Shown: positions 45,567 through 54,431 of the stretch, piece after piece
Position numbering within the stretch: the stretch's first letter is position 1
Layout of the letters: every line of letters begins with the position of its first letter
Sequence record: OR544955
Source of the DNA: Escherichia phage vB_EcoP_EP32B
Length of the DNA stretch: 64,000 bases
Strand: one strand, 5' to 3'
Position numbers and translations under genes: made by a program
Notes under the pieces: model-generated
Databases searched by the model: none
What the model was told of the DNA's origin: nothing
The model's input: the letters and a program-made list of their open reading frames with translations, nothing else

Positions 45567-45925
45567 TGATTAACAAAACATATTGGTCTAATATTGACGA
45601 CGGCAATGAAGGTATTTCGTACTATTCAGTGGATTGGACAGGATGTCCATCCTACTTAGTGAAACGTATTTGCCAAGAATTTAAAATCGACAAACCAGCA
45701 GGTATTATCGTGAACAGATACATTAATGGATATCAACCTATCGATGAAGTAATACGAACAACTCAAGCTGATCTTGAAAAGTTTTTCAATAAGTGCCAAT
45801 GGATAACAGGATGGATTATATTTGTACCGTCGGTATGGTTTTTTAGTACTAAGGTGAGTTCTTTCGGTTTTGTTGATATTATTGCTATCTTATTAGCATC
45901 TGCTATCATAAGTCATCATTATTAA
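45566..45925 (+). CDS. Hypothetical protein with C-terminal hydrophobic anchor
   Basis: 119 aa; ATGA overlap with upstream. Confidence 0.5.
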   Translation: MINKTYWSNIDDGNEGISYYSVDWTGCPSYLVKRICQEFKIDKPAGIIVNRYINGYQPIDEVIRTTQADLEKFFNKCQWITGWIIFVPSVWFFSTKVSSFGFVDIIAILLASAIISHHY

Positions 45926-46018
45926 TCTTGTTAAAAGTAGTTTACAGGAACGTAAAGACAAGATAAAGGCCAAGAATAACGAAGTTGAACGTTTTATTAC
46001 TGAATGCAGGAATTTGAG

Positions 46019-46255
46019 ATGAGTATAGCAATTTACATTAAATCAGAATCATGTGATAGTTATCTGTACACATACGATAAAGATGTGTCAGAAGAAAAAA
46101 TCAAAGACGACCTTAATACGGATCTTGATATGTTCTGTCCTATTGCAGATTACAAACTTGCGGTCTCTAATAGTGAAAGTCCATCTAAAGAAACGCGCAT
46201 TGAAGAATTTATGTCCGAATTAATGGCCAAATCATGGGACCGAGATGATGAGTAA
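46019..46255 (+). CDS. Hypothetical acidic protein
   Basis: 78 aa; preceded by a GTTTAC -35-like element at 45939. Confidence 0.45.
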   Translation: MSIAIYIKSESCDSYLYTYDKDVSEEKIKDDLNTDLDMFCPIADYKLAVSNSESPSKETRIEEFMSELMAKSWDRDDE

Positions 46256-46703
46256 GAAAAATAAAGTGAAAGAACTATCAGCCGGTATTATTTTCCTTAC
46301 CGAAGATAAAGAATTATTCATGGGGCGTGTAACTGGTTCTCGTCCTAAAGGTTCTTTAGCTCATCGCTGGGATATTCCTAAAGGACGTGTCGAGCCCGGT
46401 GAATCTCCTATTGAAGCCGCTATTCGCGAATGCGAAGAAGAAACTGGGTTTACACAATATGACCCTGCCTTCCTGAAAGACCTAGGTGAACATCATTACT
46501 CAGACAATAAGAATATTCATCTGTTCCTATATACCATCCCTGTAGAGCACGAGCAATTCAGAAACAGTGCTTGTAATTCCTATCATACATTCCCAGACGG
46601 ACGACAGATTCCTGAATTTGATGCGTTCGCTTTAATTAAACCTTCTCAATGGGAATATGTGATGGGCAAATCATTATATAAGGTGCTCACTACTATCCTA
46701 TAA
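46245..46703 (+). CDS. nudE: Nudix hydrolase NudE (e.1)
   Basis: 152 aa; Nudix box GRVEPGESPIEAAIRECEEETG. Confidence 0.85.
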   Translation: MMSKKNKVKELSAGIIFLTEDKELFMGRVTGSRPKGSLAHRWDIPKGRVEPGESPIEAAIRECEEETGFTQYDPAFLKDLGEHHYSDNKNIHLFLYTIPVEHEQFRNSACNSYHTFPDGRQIPEFDAFALIKPSQWEYVMGKSLYKVLTTIL

Positions 46704-46737
46704 GTAATAAATATCTCCTATAAACGTGGGAGGTATT

Positions 46738-47226
46738 ATGAATATATTTGAAATGCTTCGTAATGACGAAGGTCTTAGACTGACTTTATACAAAGACACT
46801 GAAGGCTTTTGGACGATTGGCATAGGCCACTTGGTAACAAAGAACCCGTCTTTAGCCGTAGCTAAAGCTGAACTTGACAGAATGATCGGTCGTAAATGCA
46901 ACGGTACAATTACCCTTGATGAGGCTGAAAAGCTATTTAATGAAGACGTCGATAAAGCCGTTCGCGGAATCTTGGGTAATGCTAAACTTAAACCGGTATA
47001 TGATTCTTTAGATGCAGTTCGTCGATGTGCATTGGTCAATATGGTCTTCCAAATGGGTGTAGCAGGCGTTGCTGGTTTTACTAATTCTCTTCGTATGCTT
47101 CAACAGAAGCGTTGGGATGAAGCGGCAGTAAATCTAGCCCAATCTAAATGGTACCGTCAGACACCTAATCGAGCGAAACGCGTAATCTCAACATTTAAAA
47201 CAGGAACTTGGAAAGCGTATATATGA
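46738..47226 (+). CDS. e: Endolysin (T4 lysozyme, gene e)
   Basis: MNIFEMLR...EGLRL.LYKDTEG..TIGIGHL; 162 aa. Confidence 0.9.
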   Translation: MNIFEMLRNDEGLRLTLYKDTEGFWTIGIGHLVTKNPSLAVAKAELDRMIGRKCNGTITLDEAEKLFNEDVDKAVRGILGNAKLKPVYDSLDAVRRCALVNMVFQMGVAGVAGFTNSLRMLQQKRWDEAAVNLAQSKWYRQTPNRAKRVISTFKTGTWKAYI

Positions 47227-47504
47227 AAACATATAGTGAATTTTTATCAGAATCTATTCTTAACGAAGCTACTGACACATTTGCAACTAAGCTAGGTGCA
47301 GCTTTGGTTGAAGCTGAAAGTCTATTAGCACGTATTTCTGAACTTGCCAGTAAGATAGATACTCGCAAATTTGAGCGCACCAGTGATATCGTTAAGCTTG
47401 AAGCCTTGTTACGTATGTGCGATAAACCGGAAGAAATCGCTAAGAACGGCTCGCTGATGAAACAACGTCTTGAAAAATATATTTCAGGCGCTTCAGAAAA
47501 ATAG
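47223..47504 (+). CDS. Internal protein (IPII-like) with capsid targeting sequence
   Basis: 93 aa beginning [11 protein letters not shown], the CTS pattern of T4 internal proteins. Confidence 0.6.
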   Translation: MKTYSEFLSESILNEATDTFATKLGAALVEAESLLARISELASKIDTRKFERTSDIVKLEALLRMCDKPEEIAKNGSLMKQRLEKYISGASEK

Positions 47505-47505
47505 T

Positions 47506-47559
47506 GTTTACTTCCTCCAAGGACTTTGATACTATACATTCATCAACTACTTGGAGGAA
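47506..47559 (+). promoter_or_regulatory. PeSL-like early promoter with stem-loop
   Basis: GTTTAC 47506-47511; TTGATACTAT; 9 bp inverted repeat TTCCTCCAA/TTGGAGGAA. Confidence 0.55.
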
Positions 47560-47562
47560 ATT

Positions 47563-47976
47563 ATGACTCGTATCAATTTAACACTTGTTTCTGAACTGAC
47601 TGACCAACATCTTATGGCTGAGTATCGTGAATTACCACGCGTATTTGGTGCAGTCCGTAAACATGTTCAAAACGGTAAACGTGTAAAGGATTTTAAAATC
47701 TCTCCAACATTTATCTTAGGCACAGGTCACGTAACATTCTTTTACGACAAACTTGAATTTTTACGTTTACGACAAATCGAGCTAATCGCCGAATGCTTGA
47801 AACGTGGTTTCAAAATCAAGGACACGACTGTCCAGGATATTTCCGACATCCCTGCAGAATTTCGTAATAATTATGTCCCATCCGAAGCGTCCATTGCGAT
47901 AAGTCAAGCACGCTTAGATGAAAAAATTGCTCAACGTCCGACTTGGTACAAATACTATGGTAAATCAATTTACTAA
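47563..47976 (+). CDS. denV: Endonuclease V (pyrimidine dimer DNA glycosylase DenV)
   Basis: 137 aa; [12 protein letters not shown]...TWYKYYGK recalled as T4 endo V. Confidence 0.9.
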   Translation: MTRINLTLVSELTDQHLMAEYRELPRVFGAVRKHVQNGKRVKDFKISPTFILGTGHVTFFYDKLEFLRLRQIELIAECLKRGFKIKDTTVQDISDIPAEFRNNYVPSEASIAISQARLDEKIAQRPTWYKYYGKSIY

Positions 47977-47984
47977 GGAACAAA

Positions 47985-48056
47985 ATGAAAACTCCAACCT
48001 GTAATAATGTCGAGCCCAAGTGCGGTAATGGGTTGCCACGGAATGGCCCAACATAA
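47985..48056 (+). CDS. Possible 23 aa Cys-containing micropeptide
   Basis: ATG 47985 after AAGGAA SD; MKTPTCNNVEPKCGNGLPRNGPT. Confidence 0.25.
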   Translation: MKTPTCNNVEPKCGNGLPRNGPT

Positions 48057-48068
48057 AAGAGAAACTAA

Positions 48069-48590
48069 ATGAGAACATTTTTAACTGGACCTTATCTATC
48101 CCTGATGAATGCTTTTACACACCATTCTGATGCTAGAGTAGAAGAAATTTGTAAGAACGGTTATGTCCCACCATTTGAAGACGTACTCAAGCAGTACTGT
48201 ACACTTCGTTTAGACGGTGGCAGACAATCCGGTAAATCAATTGCTGTGACTAACTTTGCTGCTAATTGGCTGTATGATGGCGGAACAGTTATTGTTCTTT
48301 CTAATACTTCAGCTTATGCTAAAATTTCTGCTGGTAACATTGAAAAAGAATTTTCTCGATATTCTAGCGATGATATTCGATTCCGTTTATTTACTGATTC
48401 TGTTCGTAGTTTTATTGGCAATGAAGGTTCTAAATTCCGTGGATTAACGCTTTCTCGTATTCTGTATATAATTGACGAGCCTATTAAAGCTCCTGATATG
48501 GATAAGATTTACAATGTCCATATTAAAACAGTTACTGTTGCAAAAGCAAATATTGCATCGGCGGTAATGCTCGTCCTCAATTTTTTGTGA
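48069..48590 (+). CDS. Hypothetical protein with P-loop-like motif
   Basis: 173 aa; GGRQSGKS. Confidence 0.5.
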   Translation: MRTFLTGPYLSLMNAFTHHSDARVEEICKNGYVPPFEDVLKQYCTLRLDGGRQSGKSIAVTNFAANWLYDGGTVIVLSNTSAYAKISAGNIEKEFSRYSSDDIRFRLFTDSVRSFIGNEGSKFRGLTLSRILYIIDEPIKAPDMDKIYNVHIKTVTVAKANIASAVMLVLNFL

Positions 48591-48600
48591 TTGGAATGCA

Positions 48601-48909
48601 ATGATGACCACTATTGAAGTTTTTGAATATTGTTATAACAGTCCAGTATGCAATAAAAGGGCCCTTGTAGAAAATTACGAGATTTACCATTTTAAACCTA
48701 AACGATATCGTTTGACTAAAGGTCCGTTCGCAGGGCAGCAGGTTCTTTGTACTGCTCCTAATGCACGACTGATGACTAGTATTCCACATTTCAAAATGGA
48801 ATTTATTGATGGGCCATTTAAGGGATTAACCACTCAAAGTTTAATGGCGTTTAGTTCTGACCCATTTTTGATTAAAGAAAAAACTTGGATAAATTTATTT
48901 TCTAATTGA
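48601..48909 (+). CDS. Hypothetical protein
   Basis: 102 aa ORF. Confidence 0.5.
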   Translation: MMTTIEVFEYCYNSPVCNKRALVENYEIYHFKPKRYRLTKGPFAGQQVLCTAPNARLMTSIPHFKMEFIDGPFKGLTTQSLMAFSSDPFLIKEKTWINLFSN

Positions 48910-48915
48910 GGTTAT

Positions 48916-49278
48916 ATGAAAGCATATCAAATTCTTGAAGGTGCACATAAAGGCACTATTTATTTTGAAGACGGTACTCAAGCCCGGATTATTGTCTCTA
49001 AGACTTTTAAAGAAGACGCTATTGTAGACCCGGAAATTTTCTACGGTTTGAATGCCCGTGAAATTGAAATTGAACATCAACCTAAAGTTAAAATTGAAGG
49101 TGGTCAACACCTGAACGTTAACGTTCTGCGTCGCGAAACTCTGGAAGATGCAGTTAAGCATCCAGAAAAATATCCGCAGCTGACCATCCGTGTATCCGGT
49201 TATGCAGTTCGCTTTAACTCTCTAACTCCGGAACAGCAGCGCGACGTTATCGCTCGTACCTTTACTGAGAGTCTATAA
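48916..49278 (+). CDS. Autonomous glycyl radical cofactor (GrcA/YfiD-like; T4 Y06I-type)
   Basis: 120 aa; C-terminal ...[29 protein letters not shown] glycyl radical motif nearly identical to recalled E. coli GrcA. Confidence 0.75.
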   Translation: MKAYQILEGAHKGTIYFEDGTQARIIVSKTFKEDAIVDPEIFYGLNAREIEIEHQPKVKIEGGQHLNVNVLRRETLEDAVKHPEKYPQLTIRVSGYAVRFNSLTPEQQRDVIARTFTESL

Positions 49279-49502
49279 TGGCTAAATTGATTATAGAAGG
49301 GTCTGAAGATGTTTTAAAATGTTTTGCCGCCTGGTTTAGTTGCTCAGGCGAGCAATCATTCATTGAAGCATTTAGAATGGGTGATATTACTGGAAACTAT
49401 CCGACAACTGATATCACTGTACGTGGATATGGTATTAATGAGCCTATCCAATTGGTCGAATATGACCTTGCCACCGATGAGGAAATTCCTTATGTCGATT
49501 GA
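49278..49502 (+). CDS. Hypothetical protein
   Basis: 74 aa ORF. Confidence 0.45.
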   Translation: MAKLIIEGSEDVLKCFAAWFSCSGEQSFIEAFRMGDITGNYPTTDITVRGYGINEPIQLVEYDLATDEEIPYVD

Positions 49503-49890
49503 AGACATCAAAGGCTATAAGCCGCATACCGACGATAAAATCGGTAAAGTGAACGCTATTAAAGATGCAGAAGTTCGAGGAAAAATACTAATGGCTCAAA
49601 TCCTATCAGGCTTTGGAACTCATTATGAAGCATCTAGACGCATAACTGAAAGCAATCCTTTTGGCCTTGTTCCGAAGCACAAGAAAATTCAAAGCCTTGA
49701 TGACTTTGAGAACCGCCTATGGGCCCTCTTTAATGAGTACAAGGCATATCTGAAAGAAGACGCTGACGATTGTCTTGAAGAAGATGAGATTGCGTATTAC
49801 GAACAACGCCTTGAACAGCTCAAGAACTTCCATCAGGTTCGTGACGAAGTATCTAAAGCAGTTAAAAAGTTAATTCCTTTCAAAGAGTAG
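49492..49890 (+). CDS. Hypothetical protein
   Basis: 132 aa from ATG 49492 overlapping upstream stop. Confidence 0.45.
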   Translation: MSIEDIKGYKPHTDDKIGKVNAIKDAEVRGKILMAQILSGFGTHYEASRRITESNPFGLVPKHKKIQSLDDFENRLWALFNEYKAYLKEDADDCLEEDEIAYYEQRLEQLKNFHQVRDEVSKAVKKLIPFKE

Positions 49891-49940
49891 TTTACTTCTC
49901 CTCTAGTTGTGTTACTATAGACATGTCAACTAGAGGAGAA
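49890..49940 (+). promoter_or_regulatory. PeSL-like early promoter with 14 bp perfect stem
   Basis: GTTTAC 49890-49895; TGTTACTAT in loop; inverted repeat TTCTCCTCTAGTTG (49896-49909) / CAACTAGAGGAGAA (49927-49940), which includes the regB SD. Confidence 0.6.
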
Positions 49941-49946
49941 ATCAAA

Positions 49947-50405
49947 ATGACTATCAATTCAGACGTTTTTATCCGCCGTAATAAACTCCGTCGAATCTTT
50001 GAAACGGAGTTCCGCAAAATAAATGCCGGTATAAAAGATGCTGCAAAGTCTCTTGGACTACCAGGCTTTCATATCAAGTATTCTCAACATCTCTTAGATC
50101 GTGCCATCCAGAGAGAAATAGATGAGAATTACGTTTTTGAATTATTTCATAAAGTAAAAAATCATGTTAAAGAAGTTGCAGAATTTTTATCAATGCCGGC
50201 ACGTCCAGATGTTGATGAAGATTTTGTCGAAGGTGTCGAGTATCGTCCAGGCCGTTTAGAAATAACTGATGGAAATCTTTGGTTAGGACTTACAGTCTGT
50301 CGCGAAAATCCAGCATTCAAAATGAAGACTCTTCAATGCAGAATGGCTATTATTAACAGTAAACGACTACCAGGAAAAGCTTCTAAAGCAGTGATTAAAA
50401 TCTAG
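49947..50405 (+). CDS. regB: RegB endoribonuclease
   Basis: 152 aa; MTINSDVFIRRNKLRR...LQCRMAIINSKRLPGKASKAVIKI recalled as T4 RegB. Confidence 0.85.
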   Translation: MTINSDVFIRRNKLRRIFETEFRKINAGIKDAAKSLGLPGFHIKYSQHLLDRAIQREIDENYVFELFHKVKNHVKEVAEFLSMPARPDVDEDFVEGVEYRPGRLEITDGNLWLGLTVCRENPAFKMKTLQCRMAIINSKRLPGKASKAVIKI

Positions 50406-50413
50406 AGGTAAAC

Positions 50414-50956
50414 ATGAGAAAAGCACTACTCGCTGGTCTATTTGCTCTTTCATTATCAGCACATAGCTCCGAGCATACTTTTAGTAATGTCCAACTCGAT
50501 AACTTGAATTATGCTTATCAGTTTGGGGAACAGTTTTCTAAGGACGGAAAATTTAAAACGCATGAAAATATGCATAAGAAAGGACTTGGATACATAATGG
50601 CCGCAATACTATGGCAGGAATCATCTGCCGGTATTAATCTTAAAGATAAGAAAGGTCACCATGCGTATGGAATGTTCCAAAATTATCTACCAACAATGAG
50701 GGTAAGAATTAACCAGCTTGGTTATAATATGACTGATGCCCAAATTAAGAAAATGCTATCTAAGCGGTCTAATTCAGCCAGATGGGCTTATATCGAATTT
50801 TCTTATTGGTTAAATATACATAACGGGGATATAAGAAAAGCTATATCCTCATATAATGCGGGATGGAAGACAAGTGCTGGAAGTAAATATGCTTCTGAAG
50901 TCCTAGAAAAGGCTAATTACCTTAAATCAAATAAACTACTGGAAATAAAAGAATGA
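50414..50956 (+). CDS. Secreted lytic transglycosylase-like protein (SLT motifs)
   Basis: 180 aa; N-terminal signal peptide; QESSAG and SYNAG motifs. Confidence 0.55.
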   Translation: MRKALLAGLFALSLSAHSSEHTFSNVQLDNLNYAYQFGEQFSKDGKFKTHENMHKKGLGYIMAAILWQESSAGINLKDKKGHHAYGMFQNYLPTMRVRINQLGYNMTDAQIKKMLSKRSNSARWAYIEFSYWLNIHNGDIRKAISSYNAGWKTSAGSKYASEVLEKANYLKSNKLLEIKE

Positions 50957-51300
50957 CCAAAATGTTGGCTTTAATAGTTGGCTTGGTTTCATTTAGCGCT
51001 CTTGCTAATACTACATATACTGATGTAACGGAGTATACAAACAGAACGGCGTCTGATTATTGTGGTAAAAGTCAAGAGTGTAAAGTAGATTTTTCACAAA
51101 AATTGTTATATGCGTATAAAGACGGAGAAAAAGATGGGGCGTCTAGTAGGTTCAAGGCGTCTACCTTAATTAAAAGATACTATAAAAAATGGCAAATATT
51201 AGAATGCTCGGTGGCGGAACCTAAAGATAAGGCAGCATGCAATTCTATGGTGGACCGTCTAGTTGACTCTTATAATAGAGGACTTGCAGCAAGTGATTAA
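50953..51300 (+). CDS. Secreted hypothetical protein
   Basis: 115 aa; signal peptide MTKMLALIVGLVSFSALA. Confidence 0.5.
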   Translation: MTKMLALIVGLVSFSALANTTYTDVTEYTNRTASDYCGKSQECKVDFSQKLLYAYKDGEKDGASSRFKASTLIKRYYKKWQILECSVAEPKDKAACNSMVDRLVDSYNRGLAASD

Positions 51301-51760
51301 AAACTATATCAAGGGCGATATTGTCGCCCTGTTTTCTAAAGGTAATAATATTGCTCATGGGTGTAATTGTTTTCATACAATGGGCGCTGGTGTGGCAGGA
51401 CAATTAGCAAAGGCTTATCCAAAAATTTTAGAAGCCGATAAACTTCAAACCGAATTCGGAGACGAGTCTAAACTCGGGACTTATTCGGTTTATGAAAAAT
51501 ATTTTAAGACCCATAAAGCTTATTGCTTTAATCTTTATACACAGTTTGAGCCTGGACCTAATTTTGAGTACTATGCTTTAATGAATTGTATAATAGAATT
51601 AAATGAATTCGGAAAGAATAAGATAACAAAGCCTGTAATTTATATGCCAAGAATTGGTGCAGGTATCGGTGGCGGAAACTGGGATGTCATCGAAGAGATT
51701 TTAGACACATATTCCACTAAACTAGAAATTGTGATTGTTGATTGGGAACCATTATTATGA
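51263..51760 (+). CDS. Macro-domain protein (start uncertain, TTG/GTG)
   Basis: 165 aa; GDI...NIAHGCNCFHTMGAGVAGQL resembles macro domain ADP-ribose binding motifs. Confidence 0.5.
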   Translation: MTLIIEDLQQVIKNYIKGDIVALFSKGNNIAHGCNCFHTMGAGVAGQLAKAYPKILEADKLQTEFGDESKLGTYSVYEKYFKTHKAYCFNLYTQFEPGPNFEYYALMNCIIELNEFGKNKITKPVIYMPRIGAGIGGGNWDVIEEILDTYSTKLEIVIVDWEPLL

Positions 51761-51969
51761 ATATACATTATCCACATCCATATGACCCAAAGAATAAGGC
51801 AGTAATTATTCGTCAATGGGAACGCATTTGCCGTACTAAATGCCCAATTAATAGTCCACATGATGTAGATAAAGACTATATTGGAACATTCGTTGAATAT
51901 ACCTTTATTGATAAGAAAGGTCGTAAACAACATGTAGAAGAATATTGCTTAAAGGTTACATGGTTATGA
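51742..51969 (+). CDS. Hypothetical protein
   Basis: 75 aa ORF overlapping tk 5' end. Confidence 0.4.
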   Translation: MGTIIMNIHYPHPYDPKNKAVIIRQWERICRTKCPINSPHDVDKDYIGTFVEYTFIDKKGRKQHVEEYCLKVTWL

Positions 51970-52496
51970 GTCTTACTGCCGCCCATAACTATAAAGAACG
52001 TGGCATGGGTGTATTAGTTCTTAAACCGGCTATTGATACTCGCGATTCAAAAGGTGAAATAGTCTCTCGTATTGGTATTCGTCAGGACGCCAATATAATT
52101 ACAAAAGACATGGATATCTTTGAATTCTATAAATGGGCTGCAGCACAAAAGGATATTCATTGTGTATTTGTTGACGAAGCTCAGTTCTTAACTACTGAAA
52201 AGGTGTATCAACTTAGTCGTATTGTTGACGTATACAATGTGCCGGTAATGGCATATGGACTACGAACAGATTTTAAAGGTAATCTATTTGAAGGTTCTCA
52301 AGCATTAATGGCTATTGCCGATAAGCTTGTTGAACTTAAAGGTGTCTGTCATTGCGGTAAAAAGGCCACAATGGTAGCTAGAGTCACGGAAGACGGACTT
52401 CCAATTACAGATGGCAGTCAAATTGAAATTGGTGATACTGATAGATATGTGTCATTATGCCGGAAGCATTGGAATGATTTGACAGGGTTGTTATAA
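51960..52496 (+). CDS. tk: Thymidine kinase lacking the N-terminal P-loop (5'-truncated tk)
   Basis: Matches TK from ...AAHNYKERGM through C-terminal Zn motif CHCGKK...LCRKHW; no GxxxxGKS upstream in any frame; in-frame stop at 51924. Confidence 0.7.
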   Translation: MVMSLTAAHNYKERGMGVLVLKPAIDTRDSKGEIVSRIGIRQDANIITKDMDIFEFYKWAAAQKDIHCVFVDEAQFLTTEKVYQLSRIVDVYNVPVMAYGLRTDFKGNLFEGSQALMAIADKLVELKGVCHCGKKATMVARVTEDGLPITDGSQIEIGDTDRYVSLCRKHWNDLTGLL

Positions 52497-52498
52497 AT
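52491..52498 (+). promoter_or_regulatory. T4-type late promoter (TATAAATA) upstream of the rI region
   Basis: TATAAATA about 25 nt upstream of ATG 52524. Confidence 0.45.
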
Positions 52499-52523
52499 AC
52501 TAATATCTAACCAAGAGGTATAT

Positions 52524-52736
52524 ATGCAGCAATTAAACGAAAGACAACTTCGTAATCTTACTGTAACCCAATTGGATGAAATCCGAAGAGAATTAGGACA
52601 TTCTATTTCTCATTTAAACGAGGATATCCGTCAAACTGGTTCTAAAGCTGATTATACACGCAAGCGCAAGCTGGAAAAATACCTCACAGATGTTAAGGCC
52701 GTCCAAAGGCGAAAAATAAATACTGGCCAAAATTAA
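52524..52736 (+). CDS. rI.-1-like small protein
   Basis: 70 aa; AAGAGG SD. Confidence 0.5.
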   Translation: MQQLNERQLRNLTVTQLDEIRRELGHSISHLNEDIRQTGSKADYTRKRKLEKYLTDVKAVQRRKINTGQN

Positions 52737-52748
52737 CAGGAGGCCTAT

Positions 52749-53051
52749 ATGGCCTTAAGAGCGATAGCTGTCATGGCGATGCTGGGGTTTTTTGCAGCAA
52801 CAACTCCTATCGTTGGTACTGCATATACCGACCCATATTTTGACAACTTTATGGAATCAGGGATTAAAAACGTATATACTTTGTTTGAAATTCAAAATGT
52901 CGAGAATTCTGAAAAATTCTATAAGTATATGGCAAAGCATTACAAAAATAGCCCCTGTGATGATGCATTTGAATGTCATGAACAAGGCATAAAAACTGCC
53001 AGACAATTTGCCGAGTTCATGAAAATAAAATTAGAGCCTACATCTATCTAA
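52749..53051 (+). CDS. rI: Lysis inhibition regulator rI
   Basis: 100 aa; signal-anchor N-terminus; DPYFDNFMESGIKNVYTLFE...PCDDAFEC. Confidence 0.8.
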   Translation: MALRAIAVMAMLGFFAATTPIVGTAYTDPYFDNFMESGIKNVYTLFEIQNVENSEKFYKYMAKHYKNSPCDDAFECHEQGIKTARQFAEFMKIKLEPTSI

Positions 53052-53058
53052 TTTACTA

Positions 53059-53085
53059 GCCCCTTCCTTACGGTTGGGGCTTTTT
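53059..53085 (+). terminator. Rho-independent terminator after rI
   Basis: GCCCC...GGGGC hairpin plus T5. Confidence 0.6.
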
Positions 53086-53096
53086 GGCATCTATCA

Positions 53097-53147
53097 GTTT
53101 ACTTCTCCTCAGGTTGTGTTATAGTAGACCTTACTTACTAGAGGAGA
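53097..53147 (+). promoter_or_regulatory. PeSL-like early promoter with stem-loop
   Basis: GTTTAC 53097-53102; TGTGTTATAGT; inverted repeat TCTCCTC/GAGGAGA. Confidence 0.55.
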
Positions 53148-53152
53148 ACGTT

Positions 53153-53332
53153 ATGTCACGTAAAGAAAAAATTTCTAAGTTGATGTTTTTGATTGAAGAG
53201 TATGCTAATGCGGTGTCTGATTGGGAAAATGCTCATGGGTGCGAAGATGGAGACATCGACATTAACAGAGCTATGAAAAAGATGGCTGATACTCACACCG
53301 AATTGCAAATGTATGTTAACGAGATTATGTGA
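53153..53332 (+). CDS. Hypothetical protein (59 aa)
   Basis: ATG 53153 following the GAGGAGA stem/SD. Confidence 0.45.
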   Translation: MSRKEKISKLMFLIEEYANAVSDWENAHGCEDGDIDINRAMKKMADTHTELQMYVNEIM

Positions 53333-53339
53333 GGACATT

Positions 53340-53546
53340 ATGCTTTACGATTATACTGGAAAATCTGAAGACGGTGTACTTGAACTTTTACCTGAAAGCG
53401 CTGAAGACGATGATATGGTGGTGATGTTTTGTAAAAATGGCCCTGGGGATAAGGGATGGATTTATCTTCGCCAAGAAAATGACTTAATTGTTTTGGACCC
53501 TAAACAAGTTGAAGAACTTTATCAACATTTAAAACACAATCGGTAG
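53340..53546 (+). CDS. Hypothetical acidic protein (68 aa)
   Basis: ATG 53340. Confidence 0.45.
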   Translation: MLYDYTGKSEDGVLELLPESAEDDDMVVMFCKNGPGDKGWIYLRQENDLIVLDPKQVEELYQHLKHNR

Positions 53547-53586
53547 TTTACGTCTTGGTAGGACTATGATATAGTAATCCTACCAA
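53546..53586 (+). promoter_or_regulatory. PeSL-like early promoter with stem-loop
   Basis: GTTTAC 53546-53551; TATGATATAGT; 9 bp inverted repeat TTGGTAGGA/TCCTACCAA. Confidence 0.55.
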
Positions 53587-53603
53587 AACAAATGGAGAAC
53601 AAA

Positions 53604-53714
53604 ATGAAACTTTTGCTTATCGCTTATGTTGTAGTACAATACAATTATCCGATGTTTACTTATAACATGGTAAACGGCATAGTGAATCTTATTGAAACGA
53701 GTATGGTAAAATGA
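53604..53714 (+). CDS. Possible 36 aa hydrophobic micropeptide
   Basis: ATG 53604 after GGAGA SD; MKLLLIAYVVVQYNYPMF... Confidence 0.3.
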   Translation: MKLLLIAYVVVQYNYPMFTYNMVNGIVNLIETSMVK

Positions 53715-53890
53715 CCCGTGAACAAGCTAATAAATTGATGGACCTTATCCGTGACTTACGTGAAGCCGATTCAGATTTGAGTGATGTAGCTTATCATGCG
53801 GTAAATGATAACGGAGACTTTTATGAAAATCAGGTTGATGCTTGCCAGAATGCTTTGGTGAATTTTGTTGAAACTTTAATTGGTGAATAA
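53711..53890 (+). CDS. Hypothetical protein (59 aa)
   Basis: ATGA overlap with upstream. Confidence 0.4.
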   Translation: MTREQANKLMDLIRDLREADSDLSDVAYHAVNDNGDFYENQVDACQNALVNFVETLIGE

Positions 53891-53891
53891 T

Positions 53892-54422
53892 ATGAAAACT
53901 GTAATTGAAACAACCGAGTTGTTTGGTGATTTATGTATCGAAAAACGTGGTTATGTGTATGTTCTGACACAAGAAGATGATGCTGCTACTATTCTTCCTA
54001 TGGAACTGGACAAGATTTTGAAACTCAATCCGCCAGGCCATGCATCTGTAATTAACATCGATGAAGACCTTCAAGTTCGTTTTTATCACGGTCTTTATAG
54101 TGGGGTTAATATCGAAACTGAAGACGAATGTTTTTCTATCAATAATTGGAAAACATTCGTCACTAAGGTGAAAGAATTAATGGAATCTGAAACAGCCAAA
54201 AAGGCCAAACTTCAATGGGCTAAATGCCGTAATGCTTTTATTACAAATCAGGACCGCCCTGACTATACAACGGTCCTAGGCGTTAATCCTTCTTATGAAG
54301 ATGGTGATGTCGTAGTTATTCGTCAAATTGATGACCTTCGTCAACATATCGTTACATTAGACAAAGATGAAGCAGTTGCTCTTAAAGCTTATCTTGATTC
54401 TATTATACCGACTTTGAAATAA
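53892..54422 (+). CDS. Hypothetical protein
   Basis: 176 aa from ATG 53892. Confidence 0.5.
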   Translation: MKTVIETTELFGDLCIEKRGYVYVLTQEDDAATILPMELDKILKLNPPGHASVINIDEDLQVRFYHGLYSGVNIETEDECFSINNWKTFVTKVKELMESETAKKAKLQWAKCRNAFITNQDRPDYTTVLGVNPSYEDGDVVVIRQIDDLRQHIVTLDKDEAVALKAYLDSIIPTLK

Positions 54423-54431
54423 GGAATTATT

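Noticed and set aside
51742-52000. Group I intron or homing endonuclease insertion interrupting tk
   Set aside because: No intron-sized insert or endonuclease ORF; the upstream ORF is only 75 aa and tk simply lacks its first ~20 codons.
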